64,000 nt of DNA from Promethearchaeota archaeon (lineage in GTDB: Archaea; Asgardarchaeota; Lokiarchaeia; Sigyniarchaeales; SOKP01), in contig JAHPZA010000006.1 in assembly GCA_019058445.1 (NCBI GenBank), positions 192,001 through 256,000 of the forward strand, written 5' to 3'. This document shows, piece by piece, positions 50,156 through 61,335 of the stretch; the stretch's first letter is position 1; the number at the start of each line of letters is the position of its first letter. The notes beneath the pieces are model-generated. The model was not told the origin of the DNA. It saw only the letters and a list, made by a program, of their open reading frames with translations, and searched no databases. A program made the translations under genes and the position numbers.

Positions 50156-51094
50156 ATGAAGCGAAAAATTGCAGATAAGACGTATTTGAACTATTTATTA
50201 CAATCATTAAATGTAAATGAATTAAAACAGATTTGTAGAGACTTTGAGATAAAAGGCTTTTCGAAATTTACAAAAGCAAAGCTCATAGAATTTATTTTAG
50301 ATTCTTTAGCCGAAGAAGAAATCAAGGATTTACTAAAAGAAAAGGAATTAGAAATTATTTCAAAAGAGATAGATTTAGCACTTAGCAAAATAAACGGTGA
50401 GGATAGAGAATCAATAGCTGCTATCAACATAGTAAATCCAGATTTACATGAAATAGAAATAACTTTTAAAGGTTGGAATTGGGAATCAAAGTCATTTTTA
50501 TCAATTACAGAAGAGAACATTAATAATCCAGAGCGAGACTGTGATTGCAGAATCGGTTCAAATATGGGATTATGCAATCATTTTTGGGTTGGTTTCATTT
50601 ATTCGCTGAAAGAAGGGTATTTTAAACTTTCCGATTGGACTTTAACTTTATTACCTGAAAAGTTTGAAGAAAAAATAAAATCAATTAAATTATCTAAAGG
50701 GAAGGATGAAGAGGGAGAAGAAAAAGTTGTAAGTTTAGTGGATGAGAGTTCAGATTCTTTCCTACTATTAAGTCATATTGATAATAGTATTACGATCTAT
50801 GAGGGCGAAATTGAAGATATCGTTGAAAAACAGCAAGATTTTCAAGGTAATATAACTGTATATTATGTAGTTATGTTAAACAATGTTAGATTTGGTCCAA
50901 GAGTGCAAAGAAAAAGCGACTTTCATGAAGAAGATATTTTAGATGTTGAAAAACTAAAGTTAAGAATAAGCGAAAACCTGAATAATGAGCATAACTTAAA
51001 AATCGGAGATAAGATCGGGGGTAATGGTAAACTCACAAAAGACAATATTTTAGGCTTTATCGTAAAAAATATAAGAAAGATTGAAAAAAAGTGA
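50156..51094 (+). CDS. Hypothetical nucleic-acid-binding protein: Rho-N/SAP-like, SWIM Zn finger, OB-like
   Basis: LNVNELKQICRDFEIKGFSKFTKAKLIEFI; CDC..LCNH; beta-rich C-terminus (LKIGDKIGGNGKL). Confidence 0.7.
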   Translation: MKRKIADKTYLNYLLQSLNVNELKQICRDFEIKGFSKFTKAKLIEFILDSLAEEEIKDLLKEKELEIISKEIDLALSKINGEDRESIAAINIVNPDLHEIEITFKGWNWESKSFLSITEENINNPERDCDCRIGSNMGLCNHFWVGFIYSLKEGYFKLSDWTLTLLPEKFEEKIKSIKLSKGKDEEGEEKVVSLVDESSDSFLLLSHIDNSITIYEGEIEDIVEKQQDFQGNITVYYVVMLNNVRFGPRVQRKSDFHEEDILDVEKLKLRISENLNNEHNLKIGDKIGGNGKLTKDNILGFIVKNIRKIEKK

Positions 51095-51165
51095 TTAAGT
51101 TTTTATAATTCAAAATTGATAATTTTTATAATAAAACATTATCATCATTAAAGAAGTGTATTTAA

Positions 51166-51996
51166 ATGGAAAAAAGATTTAAAGCTCCACTTATTCTTTC
51201 TCTGCTACTAATTGTATATGCTTTTGCCTTTTTATTCATTATTGGTGAAGAAGGTGACTTAATACCATTATATCCCGGAGGGGTAACATCAGATTATATA
51301 CTAGTAATCGTAATTCCAATAATAATAATGATATTAATGTATTTTGTTGGGCATTTAATCGCAAAAATTTTTATTCCCATTCATAAACTGATGAAATTAA
51401 ACAGATATGACTATTTTCTTATTCAGCCAGAGAAAAAGTTATCAGGTTTAAAAATCATAATTCGCAGTTTTTATCCAGGATTACTTGCAATCAATATTGC
51501 GATCTATATAGCCCTCTTAGGAGAATATAATCATTTATTTTATGCAGGATCAGGTGAGCCCAATCTTCCCGCAATGATAGAATGGATAGCAATAATAATT
51601 GGAGTACCTATTGCTACCTTTATTATTACCCCTATTTGGATTTTAGATTCTGCGGGATTGATGTGTTCATTAGATCAAGATAAGTATAAGAACCGGGTAA
51701 CACCGGATATTGAGAGTGTTGGTCGATTTTATTCTACTGTCTTTAAGGGATACGTCGGTATTTCAACTGTTGTTACATATATTCTTATAATATACACTTT
51801 CGCTCAGCAAGGAGTGACATTTGGCAATTATTTCATAATTTTCATCGATCCATTCGCATTAATTCTATATTTTGTTTTCTTATCACTAACATTAGAAGCA
51901 GGAATGAATAATATTAATAAGCGATTAATGAAAGGAATTGAAAAAATGGGAATTGATACTACTCCTCAAGAGATTAAAATAGTACCTAAAGAATAA
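51166..51996 (+). CDS. Hypothetical membrane protein
   Basis: About six hydrophobic segments. Confidence 0.65.
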   Translation: MEKRFKAPLILSLLLIVYAFAFLFIIGEEGDLIPLYPGGVTSDYILVIVIPIIIMILMYFVGHLIAKIFIPIHKLMKLNRYDYFLIQPEKKLSGLKIIIRSFYPGLLAINIAIYIALLGEYNHLFYAGSGEPNLPAMIEWIAIIIGVPIATFIITPIWILDSAGLMCSLDQDKYKNRVTPDIESVGRFYSTVFKGYVGISTVVTYILIIYTFAQQGVTFGNYFIIFIDPFALILYFVFLSLTLEAGMNNINKRLMKGIEKMGIDTTPQEIKIVPKE

Positions 51997-52175
51997 GAAA
52001 ATAGAAGTAATAAATAAAAATGTCTTATTTTTTTTTTTTCTTAATTTTTTACTAAATACTTTATTTCACAATTTTTAAATTAGCTATGAAATAATAAGGG
52101 GATATATTAAATAACCAATTATTCATTTTATAATTTAAAATAATAGATTTTTTGCTTAAAAAGAAGGTGTAAGAC

Positions 52176-53546
52176 ATGAAATCAGGATTTTTAAATGATA
52201 TTAACATGATTCTCGCCACAGACTTCTATCAATTAACAATGGGCGCAGCATACTATCAAAATAATTTAGAAAATAAACGGGATGAAGAAGATGACATAGC
52301 TATTTTCGATGTTTTTGTCAGAAAATATCCAAAAAATCGTAATTACTTAATTTTTGCTGGATTAGAACAAGCTATTTACTATTTACAAAAGGCTCGATTT
52401 ACTCCCAAAACCATCGAGTTCTTGAGGAACAAAGAAGTGTTTAAGAATATTGACTCAAGTTTCTTTGATGAATATTTGTCTAAATTTAGATTTAATTTAG
52501 ATGTATGGGCTATGAAGGAGGGAAATTTTTTCTTTCCAAATGAACCAATTATGAGAGTTCAAGGACCGATGTTCCAAGCTCAATTAGCTGAGACATATTT
52601 ATTAAATGTCATTAATTTTCAAACTATCGTGGCTTCTAAAGCATCTCGAATTAAAAATATTGCTCCAGATAAAGTTCTTCTCGAATTTGGCACAAGAAGA
52701 TCGCATAGTCCGCTGGCAGGAGTTTACGCAGCACGCGCAAGCTATATTTCAGGCTTCAATGGCACGAGTAATGTTGTTGCGGATATAGAGTTAGGAATCA
52801 ACTCAAGTGGCACGATGGCACATAGTTTTATACAGAAATTTGACAAGGAAATAGAAAGCTTTGATATTTATTATGATATTTATGGGCAAAATTCAATAAT
52901 GCTTATTGATACTTATGATACTGAAAAGGCCGCAGAAAAAGTGTGCAAATATAAAAACAGCATTACAGGTGTGAGAATAGATTCGGGAGACCTCATCGCA
53001 CACGCAAAGAAGGTTCGAAAAATTTTAGATAAGAACGGGTGTAAGAAGGTACTTATTGTAGCGAGTTCTGATTTAAATGAATATAAAATAAAAGAGATAA
53101 TTGACAATAATGCCCCAATAGATGCCTTTGGCATAGGAACTGAATTGGCCACATCCCGAGATGATCCAACCCTTGCGGCTGTATATAAATTAATAGAATA
53201 CAATGGTGTCCCTAGAATTAAAATCAGTGAAGAGAAAATGACCTATCCTGGAAAAAAACAAATTTATAGAATAACTGATGAGAAAGGAATCTTTATAGAA
53301 GATTTTTTGATGTTAGAAGATGAACCAGCCCCTTCTAATTCAGAGGCATTATTAATTCCAATTATGGAAAAAGGCGAATTAATCTATAACCTACCTAATA
53401 TAGACGAAATTCAGCATTATTACTTGGAAAATATAAAAACCTTACCAGATGACTACAAAAAATTGGTAGAAAATCATATTTTCAAGCTCAAAATCTCTAA
53501 AAACCTGCAAGAACTTACAAACACACTTAAAAAAAAAATATATTAA
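52176..53546 (+). CDS. pncB: Nicotinate phosphoribosyltransferase
   Basis: TDFYQLTM, EFGTRR, GTMAHSF, LIDTYD, VRIDSGD, VYKL, TYPGKK. Confidence 0.95.
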   Translation: MKSGFLNDINMILATDFYQLTMGAAYYQNNLENKRDEEDDIAIFDVFVRKYPKNRNYLIFAGLEQAIYYLQKARFTPKTIEFLRNKEVFKNIDSSFFDEYLSKFRFNLDVWAMKEGNFFFPNEPIMRVQGPMFQAQLAETYLLNVINFQTIVASKASRIKNIAPDKVLLEFGTRRSHSPLAGVYAARASYISGFNGTSNVVADIELGINSSGTMAHSFIQKFDKEIESFDIYYDIYGQNSIMLIDTYDTEKAAEKVCKYKNSITGVRIDSGDLIAHAKKVRKILDKNGCKKVLIVASSDLNEYKIKEIIDNNAPIDAFGIGTELATSRDDPTLAAVYKLIEYNGVPRIKISEEKMTYPGKKQIYRITDEKGIFIEDFLMLEDEPAPSNSEALLIPIMEKGELIYNLPNIDEIQHYYLENIKTLPDDYKKLVENHIFKLKISKNLQELTNTLKKKIY

Positions 53547-55259
53547 TTAAAAAATTAATAAATATGCCTCGAGAGCTTCCATTACTTTTGGAAAGAAAGT
53601 TGCGATTGATACTACAAAACTCAGTAATATAGTGAAGTCAATAAGCCATTCTTTTAAAGAAGATATTTCTAAATATTGATCATTTAAGAATTTAAGTTCT
53701 CCCATATCCTTGAATTCGTGCATTATAAACCCGGGTGCTAATTCTTTAGCTTTTAGAGCAGTAATCAAATCTTTTCTTCTATTCTTTACTTCATTGAGCG
53801 CGGTTTTCTTTTGTTGATGTATAGATCTTTTCCATCCTACCAGTGAAATAAAGAATAACATGATAACAATCAATAAAATTGCACTGACAATGATTATAAT
53901 GACAACAAAATTTATGCTACGGGCCACAAAATATACTAATCCAGAAGAGAGCATTAAGAATCCAGAAGTAAATATATAAAGACAAATCGTTCTGAGATTT
54001 TTCGTTAATTCTTGGTCTACGTTAGGAGCATGAAACCTGTCAAAATTAAATCTAAAATCTTTTGAAAGATGGTATTGCCCATAGGCAAAGGCTCCTATAA
54101 TATAAATAGCTACGGCACCCATTCCGAAGTTAATTGCCCATAAAAAGAAAATATCTGAAAAGAAGAAGACATCAATCAGATACGCTATAGCAGCATTGGT
54201 ATCCCAATTACATACTAGTATTAATTCTATAATAAAATATGGGATGCTGTAGAGTAAAAATCCAATTAAAAAGGCCAGCATAAAACCTCCCGTGTTGTGC
54301 GATGTGAGTCTTAAATCCGTTCTCATTAAAAATGAGGGCTCAATTTCTTTTCCCATTAATTTTGATTGCTCATCATAATGCTTTTCCGTAAAATCTATTA
54401 ATTTTTGATATTGTAAAAATAAAAGCAGAACGATCACATAAAATACGATGATAGGCACTTGACTTGAGATTATTTCAACCAGAATAGGCGCTCCTGTGTG
54501 GACGCTCACTTTTGGAAAAATATAATATGGCAAGATAACCACTAAATAAAGTACCCAGGAAAGATATGCTACAAAGAAAGTAGTCCAAATATTAAATTCA
54601 AATGGTTTATGAGGTTTTTTTCTCACTATTCTATGAAACATTGCTTCAATGTAATCTACTTTATCTGGTGATGATTCAAAAGGAGGAACTTGTATCTGTT
54701 TTGAAACTTTCCCTGATCTTTTGTATTTACAAAAACGAAACTCTTTATCTTTAAAATAATCTCTATCATAATATAAAAATCTAATAGACTCTGCAAATTG
54801 ATTCTCAATATTTAAAATTTTTACCCATTGGTTATCTGGTCTGCGAATTTTTTTCACACACGGAAACTCTTTAATTGGATATGGTTTTTTCGGATCTATT
54901 TCGCTTATTGGAGGATAGTTATAATTCTTATTATAAAGTAATTTTTTCACTGACTTTATGAAAAGTTTAAAATATTGAGTCCAAAAGAATGCATTTAACG
55001 TTGCCCATCCATAAAATAGTATTTGTTGTGTTTCATTAGATTTTGAATCATAGATCTCAACAGGTTTTTTGCCTCTAAAATGACCAAACAATTTCAGAAT
55101 TTTTTTTTCTTCTTTAGTTAGTTTATCATGATACATAACTCGTTTCCAACGGAATTTCCACGTAAGTATTAATAACTGGATTATTTTTACAAAATAATCT
55201 AAAGGATCGAAAACTCTCTTATCTAAAACCTCTTCTTGAGATGTAATCATGCTGATCAA
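53547..55259 (-). CDS. Hypothetical membrane protein with soluble N-terminal domain
   Basis: 570-aa ORF with ~7 C-terminal TM segments. Confidence 0.65.
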   Translation of the reverse strand: MISMITSQEEVLDKRVFDPLDYFVKIIQLLILTWKFRWKRVMYHDKLTKEEKKILKLFGHFRGKKPVEIYDSKSNETQQILFYGWATLNAFFWTQYFKLFIKSVKKLLYNKNYNYPPISEIDPKKPYPIKEFPCVKKIRRPDNQWVKILNIENQFAESIRFLYYDRDYFKDKEFRFCKYKRSGKVSKQIQVPPFESSPDKVDYIEAMFHRIVRKKPHKPFEFNIWTTFFVAYLSWVLYLVVILPYYIFPKVSVHTGAPILVEIISSQVPIIVFYVIVLLLFLQYQKLIDFTEKHYDEQSKLMGKEIEPSFLMRTDLRLTSHNTGGFMLAFLIGFLLYSIPYFIIELILVCNWDTNAAIAYLIDVFFFSDIFFLWAINFGMGAVAIYIIGAFAYGQYHLSKDFRFNFDRFHAPNVDQELTKNLRTICLYIFTSGFLMLSSGLVYFVARSINFVVIIIIVSAILLIVIMLFFISLVGWKRSIHQQKKTALNEVKNRRKDLITALKAKELAPGFIMHEFKDMGELKFLNDQYLEISSLKEWLIDFTILLSFVVSIATFFPKVMEALEAYLLIF

Positions 55260-55566
55260 CTTTTGTATTTATTGAACTTCTGTAATATTTATCTTTTCTT
55301 TTTTATTTAAAAATTTTTACTTAGTTTTGAATTTTATATTCTTTTAAGGTTGAAAACCTCTCATTAGAATAATTTATGCATTAAACATTAACCGAAATAG
55401 ACGGTTTAAACACCTTAAATGCCCTAAAAAATAATACTCAACATTAATTATTCGTTGCATTAACAATTTAAAGCTTTAAATTGTTTCAAATTATAATTAA
55501 AATATATATTAATATGATTAGATAATCATTTTAATAATATCTAAAAAAAAAATAAACTGATGTAAA

Positions 55567-57288
55567 ATGTATCATTTAGACGGTACTGAATACTTAAAGG
55601 AAAAATATTACAGAAAGACGGAAAGCATTTGTCCTGAATGCCTACAGAAAATTCCAGCTGAACTCATAGAAAAAAACGATGAAATTTGGATGGAAAAGAC
55701 GTGCCCTGAACATGGGTTCTTTAAGGATAAGATTTCAAGTAGTGCGAAATATTATAAATGGACTCATTACGGCACTAGCGAATGGAATTTTGAAAAAAAT
55801 GGTGACGCAAACCCTCCAGATATTCCGTGCAGTGATCCAAGAGGCTGTCCATATAATTGCGGCTTATGTACAGAACATTTATCCACATGTTCATTAGCTT
55901 TAATAGATTTAACAAATAGATGTAATTTTAACTGTAACTTCTGCTTCGCTAATGTACAGAAGGCTGGTTATTTAGTCGAGCCAACGCTTGAAGAAATTGA
56001 GAAAATCATGGACCACTTTAGAAATAAGCCTATTCCTGCGGTGAGTATTATGTTTTCTGGTGGGGAACCAACAGTACGAAAAGACTTTGCGCAGATATGT
56101 AAAATGGCAAAAGATAAGGGTTTTAAGGAAGTAATTGCTGCAACGAATGGGTATGGTTTCCAGAAAAAGAAAGGAGGTCTTGAATGGACTAAAGAAGTCT
56201 ATGAAGCGGGATTAGATACTCTTTATTTACAATTTGATGGAGTGAATAATGTAACTTATGAAAAAACTCGCGGAATCAAGAACTTAATGGATTATAAAAT
56301 GCGAGTTATTGAAAATTGTCGAAAAGCAGGACTTTCGTCGGTCAACCTCGTCGCCACGATTGTAAATGGGGTAAATGACAAAGAAATTGGAAATATTATT
56401 CAATTCTGTATTGATAATATCGATGTTGTAAGAGGGATCACCTTTCAACCCGTTTCTTTATGCGGTAGAATTGCGGCTGAAGAGCTCCAAGAACTCAGAA
56501 TAACCAATGCTGATGTAATCAAAGAAATTGAAAAGCAAACTAATGGTAAGATTAATATTGAAACTGCATGGTACCCTTTAACCTCGATTGTAGAATTTGG
56601 GCGCATTATCGCTTATTTAGCAGATGTAGATGCTATTGAATTTACCTGTCATCCTGATTGTGGTTTTGCGACCTATATGGTCATTGATCCAACCACAAAC
56701 GAGATGGTCCCTATTACAGATTACCTTGATCCATTAGAGATTATAGATTTTTCGAATAAATTCTGGAAGAAAATTAAACATAAAGAGGAAAAGCCAATAG
56801 AATTCTTTTCAAACTTTTTAGGAGATTTTGGTAAAACATTGGATAAGGGGTTAGAATTCTTAGATAAAACTCAATTAAAGGCACGATTTCTGTTAGGAAT
56901 GCTACAATATATTAATAAGCCGGGAAAGCTTATGGAAATGTTCAGCAGAGTATTAATAAACGGCGATTGGGAGAGTATCAGTTCATTCACTCATGGAACT
57001 CTTCTCATCAGTTCTATGCATTTTCAAGATGCGTATAATATGGATCTTGAAAGGACAAAGCGCTGCATTGTCCATTTTGGCGTGGCAATGCCCGATGGTA
57101 CAGTTAAAGAAATTCCATTCTGCACACATAATACTTTACATAGGCCTGACATTGAGAAGCAAATTGCAAAGAAATTGACGGATAAGGTGAAAAATGAATT
57201 TGATACTGGTACAGGTCAATTATCATTAGAAGCTGAACCAGATATTATGCGTAATGGTGGATTGGAGAAGGATAAATTAGAAAAATAG
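55567..57288 (+). CDS. tes: Tetraether lipid synthase Tes/GDGT-MAS-like radical SAM enzyme (MJ0619 family)
   Basis: TESICPEC..KTCPEHG, CPYNCGLC, DLTNRCNFNCNFCFAN, FTCHPDCG, MHFQDAYN..RTKRC..IPFC. Confidence 0.82.
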   Translation: MYHLDGTEYLKEKYYRKTESICPECLQKIPAELIEKNDEIWMEKTCPEHGFFKDKISSSAKYYKWTHYGTSEWNFEKNGDANPPDIPCSDPRGCPYNCGLCTEHLSTCSLALIDLTNRCNFNCNFCFANVQKAGYLVEPTLEEIEKIMDHFRNKPIPAVSIMFSGGEPTVRKDFAQICKMAKDKGFKEVIAATNGYGFQKKKGGLEWTKEVYEAGLDTLYLQFDGVNNVTYEKTRGIKNLMDYKMRVIENCRKAGLSSVNLVATIVNGVNDKEIGNIIQFCIDNIDVVRGITFQPVSLCGRIAAEELQELRITNADVIKEIEKQTNGKINIETAWYPLTSIVEFGRIIAYLADVDAIEFTCHPDCGFATYMVIDPTTNEMVPITDYLDPLEIIDFSNKFWKKIKHKEEKPIEFFSNFLGDFGKTLDKGLEFLDKTQLKARFLLGMLQYINKPGKLMEMFSRVLINGDWESISSFTHGTLLISSMHFQDAYNMDLERTKRCIVHFGVAMPDGTVKEIPFCTHNTLHRPDIEKQIAKKLTDKVKNEFDTGTGQLSLEAEPDIMRNGGLEKDKLEK

Positions 57289-57299
57289 GTGAGAAATAG

Positions 57300-57575
57300 A
57301 TGGCTGAAAAAGAATCAGAAATGAAAGTAAGAGAATTAGTTGAATTGAATACATCGGCAGCGAAAGAATATGAAGAAGCCATGTTAAATAGAGTAGAATA
57401 TTTCGCCAAGAAGAACGCTGAAAAATCTATTTTTAACAATTTCATGCAAAATACTGTTGTAAAAGGACTAAGTACAATTTTAGACCTAAAAGTAAAACTT
57501 GATGAGTCTTTAGGTAAGGAAAACTTAAAAAAAGTCCATGACGTGCTTGACCAAATCTTTTTATTTGGACTTTAA
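57300..57575 (+). CDS. Small helical hypothetical protein, likely co-transcribed with tes
   Basis: AGGTGA SD; starts 11 nt after the tes stop. Confidence 0.65.
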   Translation: MAEKESEMKVRELVELNTSAAKEYEEAMLNRVEYFAKKNAEKSIFNNFMQNTVVKGLSTILDLKVKLDESLGKENLKKVHDVLDQIFLFGL

Positions 57576-57720
57576 CACATTTTTTATTATTTATTTATGA
57601 TCTAATTTTTTTTAAATATTCTTTTTTAAATTTTTTTTAAAGCATTGAAAATTAAAAGAAAGTCCAAATTAACTTTTGATGAATAAAAAAATCAATTTGG
57701 ATTTGAGAGAGGAAAAAAAA

Positions 57721-59097
57721 TTATGAACTATTTTTTTTAACTCTATCGCGTTTTTTCTGGTGGAGTTCAGCCATTTGATTTTTGATTTCGGAAACCCTAT
57801 TTTTTGAGAGGGGGTAGAAAATTATACATATTCCTAAAATCCCAGCTGCAATCATTGGGAACACCGCCATTAATAGCCTAAGACCGAAAACCACATCGAC
57901 TCCTGGATTAGGGGTATATTCTTCCCATCCGGTTGAGGAAAACACAAGCGAAATGGTTAAGATAGAAAAAATACCTGTTATTCTCATAAAGAAATTGGTA
58001 GGCCCAAAAAACGACCCTTCCCTACGAATACCAGTTTTGAGTTCATCTTCGTCGATAATATCAGCGATTAGTAGGGTTGTAAAATATAAAAGTCCTCCAA
58101 ATCCTATTCCACTTATGACTATTACAAGGATGGCAGAATTAAAATCACTTATAAACAAGAGGGGAATAAATGAGATAAATAAAACACAGAGTGCGATAAA
58201 ATATCCTTTTTTACTTCCCTGCTTGATACCTACTTTACTCCATATAATCATGGAAGCGATTGCTACAATCTGATTTAATACTAACAATATCCCTGAAGCT
58301 AATGTGCTTTCTTCATTTAATACGAATTTACTAAATTGCGGCATAATAGTGGCTTGTAAAAGTTGGATGTATTCAAATGCGACTAACATAATAGTATAAA
58401 GAACAAACGCACGGTTCTTAAATGTGTATTTAAGACCTTGAAAGAAACCAAATTCTTGTTGACTGTCTAATTTAAATTCCTCTCTTTCCATTATTCCCCA
58501 TTTTAGAGAAATTAAAAAGGTAATCGCAACGATTATTGTTATAATAACTCCGCTGATAAGATATCCTTCTCTTACAGAAATTTCACCTATAAAAATGCTC
58601 GGGATTAAAAAGCCTCCAATGATTCCTAGTACAGAAAAAATTTGCCTATAGATATTTACTTGGGCACGATCTTCTTCTGAAGTATATAATTCTGGAAAAA
58701 GACAATCCAACGGGACTGCTATCATTGTAAAAAATGTATCAAAAGCAAAGAGAATGAGAAGAAGATACAAAAAGATGAATATTGATTCTTGAAATGGAAC
58801 AATCCAAACAATAACCATGATAACTAGAATGGGAACTAATCCCAGTACAATATAAGGTTTTCTACGTCCCCAGCGGGTGCTGGTGCGATCTGAGATGTAC
58901 CCTAACAGAGGGTCATTAATCGCATTCCATGCCGCCCATATTATATAAGCCAACGAGATATAATATACTGATAAGCCTACAGCTGAAAAATAGTATGTAA
59001 ATACCCACACCACAAATACTACTTGTATTAGCCACCCGGGTAAGAATGCGAGGGAGAATGCGGTCTTTTGTTTTATGTTAAATCCATGATCACTCAT
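57721..59097 (-). CDS. MFS GPH-family transporter
   Basis: WNAINDPLLGYISDRT..WGRRKPY, DIIDEDELKTGIRREG. Confidence 0.88.
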   Translation of the reverse strand: MSDHGFNIKQKTAFSLAFLPGWLIQVVFVVWVFTYYFSAVGLSVYYISLAYIIWAAWNAINDPLLGYISDRTSTRWGRRKPYIVLGLVPILVIMVIVWIVPFQESIFIFLYLLLILFAFDTFFTMIAVPLDCLFPELYTSEEDRAQVNIYRQIFSVLGIIGGFLIPSIFIGEISVREGYLISGVIITIIVAITFLISLKWGIMEREEFKLDSQQEFGFFQGLKYTFKNRAFVLYTIMLVAFEYIQLLQATIMPQFSKFVLNEESTLASGILLVLNQIVAIASMIIWSKVGIKQGSKKGYFIALCVLFISFIPLLFISDFNSAILVIVISGIGFGGLLYFTTLLIADIIDEDELKTGIRREGSFFGPTNFFMRITGIFSILTISLVFSSTGWEEYTPNPGVDVVFGLRLLMAVFPMIAAGILGICIIFYPLSKNRVSEIKNQMAELHQKKRDRVKKNSS

Positions 59098-59145
59098 CTT
59101 AGGTTATGGTAATTTTTAAGCAATTTAATAATTTGACTTTTGAGT

Positions 59146-60162
59146 TTATGGTTCTACCAGTATTTTTATATCCTTGATTTCGGGATCAATTCCACATTCG
59201 AATCCCTCCTCAACAATATCGTCCAGAGGAATGATTTTGGTAACTATAGGGTCTGGATCAATTAGTTTACGAGCAACTAAATCAATTGCAAACTCATAAT
59301 CCTGCCTAATACAACTAATAATCCCTTGAATGCGATTTTGGTTTATAACATATTTGAGAAGATTAATTTCAACCGGTTTATCCCAGAGTCCGATTTGTAC
59401 AATTGTACCTCCCTTACATACCACATCAAGAGCAGCGTTTACTAAAACAGGTGCACCTGAGCACTCAAATACGAAGTCAGCACCCGATGCACCTCTTTTA
59501 TTAGCTCGTTTAATTTTCGTCAAGAAAAGCTTTTTTAAAGCGTAATCCGGGTCAAATTTTTTAGCTATTTCTAATCTATAGGGATTTTTATCAACAACTA
59601 CAATGCTACTCGCTCCTGCGATTTTTAAACATTGCAACATGAATTGTCCAATTGTTCCTAGACCAAATACCACAGCAGAATTACCTGCGACGAAATTAAC
59701 TTCTCTCAATGCGCATAAACCTGTTCCTATTTGATCAAATACGGTGCCGTGTTTAAAAGGAATTACATCTGGAAGGGAAATAAGACATTGAACTGGAACC
59801 ACTAGAAATTCCTCAAAACCTCCATTTCTTCCGATTCCAATCCCTTCAAAAGAACCATCGCATAAATTAGTATTCCCTCTTTGACAATAAAAACATTTTC
59901 CGCACGGCAGCCCTGGAAAAATTGTTACTCGATCACCTATTTTCCATCTTTTTACTTCAGATCCTATCTCTGCGATAGTCCCTGTAATTTCATGTCCTAA
60001 TACACAAGGAGCTGGCCATAATCCAGTTTTATAGAATTCTAGATCTGAGCCACATATTCCAGCATACTTTACTTTTACTAACACCTCTCCTTTTTGAGGA
60101 GCAGGTTTTGGAATATCTACAATCCTAATTTGTTTTTTTCCTTCATATAATGCAGCCTTCAT
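59146..60162 (-). CDS. Zn-dependent alcohol dehydrogenase (MDR family)
   Basis: GICGSD, GHE, CGKCFYC..C, FGLGTIG; ATG at 60162 with AAGGAGG SD. Confidence 0.9.
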   Translation of the reverse strand: MKAALYEGKKQIRIVDIPKPAPQKGEVLVKVKYAGICGSDLEFYKTGLWPAPCVLGHEITGTIAEIGSEVKRWKIGDRVTIFPGLPCGKCFYCQRGNTNLCDGSFEGIGIGRNGGFEEFLVVPVQCLISLPDVIPFKHGTVFDQIGTGLCALREVNFVAGNSAVVFGLGTIGQFMLQCLKIAGASSIVVVDKNPYRLEIAKKFDPDYALKKLFLTKIKRANKRGASGADFVFECSGAPVLVNAALDVVCKGGTIVQIGLWDKPVEINLLKYVINQNRIQGIISCIRQDYEFAIDLVARKLIDPDPIVTKIIPLDDIVEEGFECGIDPEIKDIKILVEP

Positions 60163-60235
60163 AATTATCCTCCTTAAATTATGGATTAATATTTTCAAAA
60201 TGTATTTTTGAGATGATAATTTAAATAAGATTATT

Positions 60236-61318
60236 GTGGCTTTTAATTTAATTACCTTACCTGTTATTATTGTATTTTTAGCCAATGGTTTTGGACAATT
60301 AATTTATGCTATACAATTACAAAGAAAATTTCCAAATGAACATAATTTTGTCAACTCACTTATAATTTTTTTACTCTGGATTCTCGCAGCTATTTTATAT
60401 CCTCATTTTTATTCAACATCCAATGCAAAGATAATATTTTTTCAAATGCTTTCTACAATTTTTATTTGTTGCATCACTCCACTTATATTAGCTCTCATTT
60501 TACTTTACCAATATCAATTTGTTATAAAAAAAAATCCAGATATCAAACAAAAACGCAATATTGAAAGTTATTTAAGGAATTTCGACAAATTTAATAATGA
60601 AATTGAGGATATTAGAGCATATAATTTAAGTACGGATATCCATAGAAAAGCTCTACATTTAATTCCGGCAGGGATTATTATCTTTCTTTGGGTCTTTGCA
60701 GTCTATATATGGGCAGGAATATGGAAATCAGACCAAATATGGGGCATTAGTGGTGAAGATTTTGGAAGATTTTTAATATTTACAGTAGGTTTTTCTGGAA
60801 TTTTAGTGTTCGCAACGTTAGATTATGTTCGATTATCCTATATTTTTGAAAAGCGTAACATTTACCACTTTTTACCGGGTATGGTGTCTGATTTATTATC
60901 AAAGACAATAAAAAGAAGAGAAATTTATGAGTTTACAAAACCCGCTGCTTTAGTTCTTGCGTTTGTTCCTGTATTTTTTTTTTCATTTGGAATTTTTGCC
61001 GCTGCTGCACTTATCGCAACCCTAGGTGATGGTGCAGCATCCATTTTTGGAATGAGATTTGGTAAGCGAAACTTTCCTAAAAATAGTAAAAAAACGGTAA
61101 TTGGTTATTTTGCAGGATTTTTGGCTTCTTTGATAGTAAGTATGACTGCTTTATGGATATTTGAATCCGAATTAGTATTGATAAAAATTATAGTAATAGC
61201 TCTTGGAGGAGCCATTATGTTTTTAGTTATTGATTTATTAAGCCTTAAGATTGATGATAATATCTTAAATCCAATATTTTGTGCCTTAATAATGGGAATT
61301 CTATATTTTACTCTATAA
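60236..61318 (+). CDS. SEC59/DGK1/VTE5-family CTP-dependent lipid (dolichol/phytol) kinase-like protein
   Basis: RKALHL, GDGAASIFGMRFGK..KKTVIG, DDNI. Confidence 0.78.
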   Translation: MAFNLITLPVIIVFLANGFGQLIYAIQLQRKFPNEHNFVNSLIIFLLWILAAILYPHFYSTSNAKIIFFQMLSTIFICCITPLILALILLYQYQFVIKKNPDIKQKRNIESYLRNFDKFNNEIEDIRAYNLSTDIHRKALHLIPAGIIIFLWVFAVYIWAGIWKSDQIWGISGEDFGRFLIFTVGFSGILVFATLDYVRLSYIFEKRNIYHFLPGMVSDLLSKTIKRREIYEFTKPAALVLAFVPVFFFSFGIFAAAALIATLGDGAASIFGMRFGKRNFPKNSKKTVIGYFAGFLASLIVSMTALWIFESELVLIKIIVIALGGAIMFLVIDLLSLKIDDNILNPIFCALIMGILYFTL

Positions 61319-61335
61319 TTTTAAAGAAAATCGGG

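Noticed and set aside
60163-60285. N-terminal extension of the ADH overlapping the divergent kinase gene
   Set aside because: The ATG at 60162 has a strong AAGGAGG SD and the canonical MKAA start
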